From a virus (taxonomy: Duplodnaviria; Heunggongvirae; Uroviricota; Caudoviricetes), in the IMG/VR virus record IMGVR_UViG_3300028025_000093, positions 1 through 24,649 of that record: DNA of 24,649 nt, one strand, 5' to 3'. Below the pieces are notes generated by a model that saw only the letters and a program-made list of their open reading frames with translations, was not told the origin of the DNA and did not search any database. The stretch's first letter is position 1; every line of letters begins with the position of its first letter. The position numbers and the translations under genes were made by a program. This document shows, piece by piece, positions 23,761 through 24,649 of the stretch.

Positions 23761-23789
23761 TTTACTTTAATTCATTTTTAAAGTATAAT
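23761..23789 (+). promoter_or_regulatory. Sigma70-type promoter inside tRNA array
   Basis: TTTACT-17 bp-TATAAT. Confidence 0.8.
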
Positions 23790-23808
23790 TGTTTTTATAG
23801 TTAGTTAT

Positions 23809-23883
23809 ACTCTGTTCGTCTATCGGTTAGGACAGCGGGTTTTCAGTCCGCTAAGAGGGGTTCGACTCCCCTACAGAGTACCA
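23809..23883 (+). tRNA. tRNA-Glu(TTC), second copy
   Basis: GCGGG-TT-TTC-AG-TCCGC, CCA. Confidence 0.92.
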
Positions 23884-24030
23884 TTAGTTTAGTGTTATCG
23901 AGGTATCGTTACAGGACGCTGTAACTATGCGGGTCCAACTGTGCGAGGAACGGATCCTAATATAACTGCTAGTCGCTCGCCAGAGGAAGCACCTTTGTTG
24001 GCAAATAGGCAAGATAACACTAAACTAATG
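23882..24030 (+). ncRNA. Structured ncRNA of about 150 nt, unknown function
   Basis: Perfect 18-bp terminal stem CATTAGTTTAGTGTTATC/GATAACACTAAACTAATG with internal hairpins. Confidence 0.6.
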
Positions 24031-24034
24031 TAAT

Positions 24035-24118
24035 GGAGGTGATGTTCCAATGGTGGGACAGGAGACTGTAAATCTCTGGCCTTACGGCAGGTAGGTTCGA
24101 TCCCTACCACCTCCACCA
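24035..24118 (+). tRNA. tRNA-Tyr(GTA)
   Basis: GGAGA-CT-GTA-AA-TCTCT, variable arm, CCA. Confidence 0.92.
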
Positions 24119-24126
24119 AGTTTTTA

Positions 24127-24201
24127 GGCTCGTTCGTATAATGGTCATTACGTCGGATTGTCTATCCGATCACGGGAGTTCGATTCTCCCACGAGTCGCC
24201 A
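24127..24201 (+). tRNA. tRNA-Asp(GTC)
   Basis: TCGGA-TT-GTC-TA-TCCGA, G73, CCA. Confidence 0.9.
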
Positions 24202-24218
24202 GATAATGAAAGGTAAGT

Positions 24219-24578
24219 ATGTATTGGGGTTATCACTTAATGCTTGATTGTTCTGAATGTGATGTTGATTCGATCAAAGATAAGCAAAACATTTATAACT
24301 TTGTCAAGACATTGGTGAAGGAAATTGATATGGTTGCTCATGGTGAGCCGATTATTGAATTTCTTTGTCCTGGAGATCCTGATAAAGAAGGATATAGTTT
24401 GATGCAGTTGATTACTACATCATCTATCACTGGACATTTTATTGACCACGATAGACATATATACCTAGATGTTTTTAGTTGTAAAGAGTTTGATCCGAGT
24501 GTGGTCAAACGTGTAGTAGAAAAGTTTTTTGGTTCTCGTAAGATGCGAATGAATTTTATTACGAGAAATGCAGGTTGA
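24219..24578 (+). CDS. speD: S-adenosylmethionine decarboxylase proenzyme (SpeD/SpeH-like)
   Basis: GYHLMLD, GYSLMQLITTSSITGHF (pyruvoyl self-cleavage region), YLDVFSCKEFD. Confidence 0.85.
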   Translation: MYWGYHLMLDCSECDVDSIKDKQNIYNFVKTLVKEIDMVAHGEPIIEFLCPGDPDKEGYSLMQLITTSSITGHFIDHDRHIYLDVFSCKEFDPSVVKRVVEKFFGSRKMRMNFITRNAG

Positions 24579-24649
24579 TGCGGGAAGTTCAAGTTGAACC
24601 GAATGGTCTCATAAGCCATGTCGAGGGTGGAGCGTTACCATCTCCCGCT
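24579..24649 (+). tRNA. tRNA-Met(CAT), initiator-like, truncated by window end
   Basis: TGCGGGA/TCCCGCT with 1:72 mismatch; ATGGT-CT-CAT-AA-GCCAT; T-loop AGCGTTA. Confidence 0.75.

Noticed and set aside
23895-24017. SAM-I riboswitch (TTATC...AAGATAA ends; speD nearby)
   Set aside because: The interior lacks the SAM-I core (GAGGGA kink-turn, GCAACC, GGTGC) and it is followed by tRNAs, not an expression platform
21267-24119. ORF-track ORFs across the tRNA region (e.g. 21267..21539 -, 21774..22124 -, 21913..22302 -, 22276..22539 +, 23188..23502 -, 23435..23719 +, 23925..24119 -)
   Set aside because: They are shadows of tRNA genes; no RBS or protein-like motifs
21450-24649. Suppressor tRNAs or an alternative genetic code
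   Set aside because: No CTA/TTA/TCA anticodons; genes read intact with the standard code

Overview
A segment of a large T4-like (myovirus-type) phage genome. All credible genes are on the + strand. A betaproteobacterial host is inferred from the ahpC-ahpD, iscU-iscA-erpA and boxA sequences. In order, it holds: the tail of a fatty-acid desaturase, a GIY-YIG nuclease, a secreted/membrane module with a 9x22-aa Cys repeat, early-type genes (CX5R phosphatase, DRB0094-type RNA ligase, an unannotated ArfA-like peptide, T4 DsbA, RNase H, dCMP deaminase), two inserted enzyme cassettes (hydrolase / (R)-amine-transaminase-like / hydrolase; PP-loop / PurD-like ATP-grasp / hydrolase / 2OG-oxygenase), ahpC-ahpD, iscU-iscA-erpA, and an array of 22 tRNA genes interrupted by a metallophosphoesterase, speD and structured RNAs. 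The top finding is the control region of the tRNA array (21189-21433). A promoter fires into an apparently leaderless 39-codon ORF that contains all 20 amino acids. Its last codons form the 5' arm of an antiterminator that competes with an intrinsic terminator, and an rrn-type boxA follows. This looks like a ribosome-stalling attenuator that senses shortage of any charged tRNA and switches on the phage tRNA array. All calls come from manual reading; no database searches or folding computations were run.
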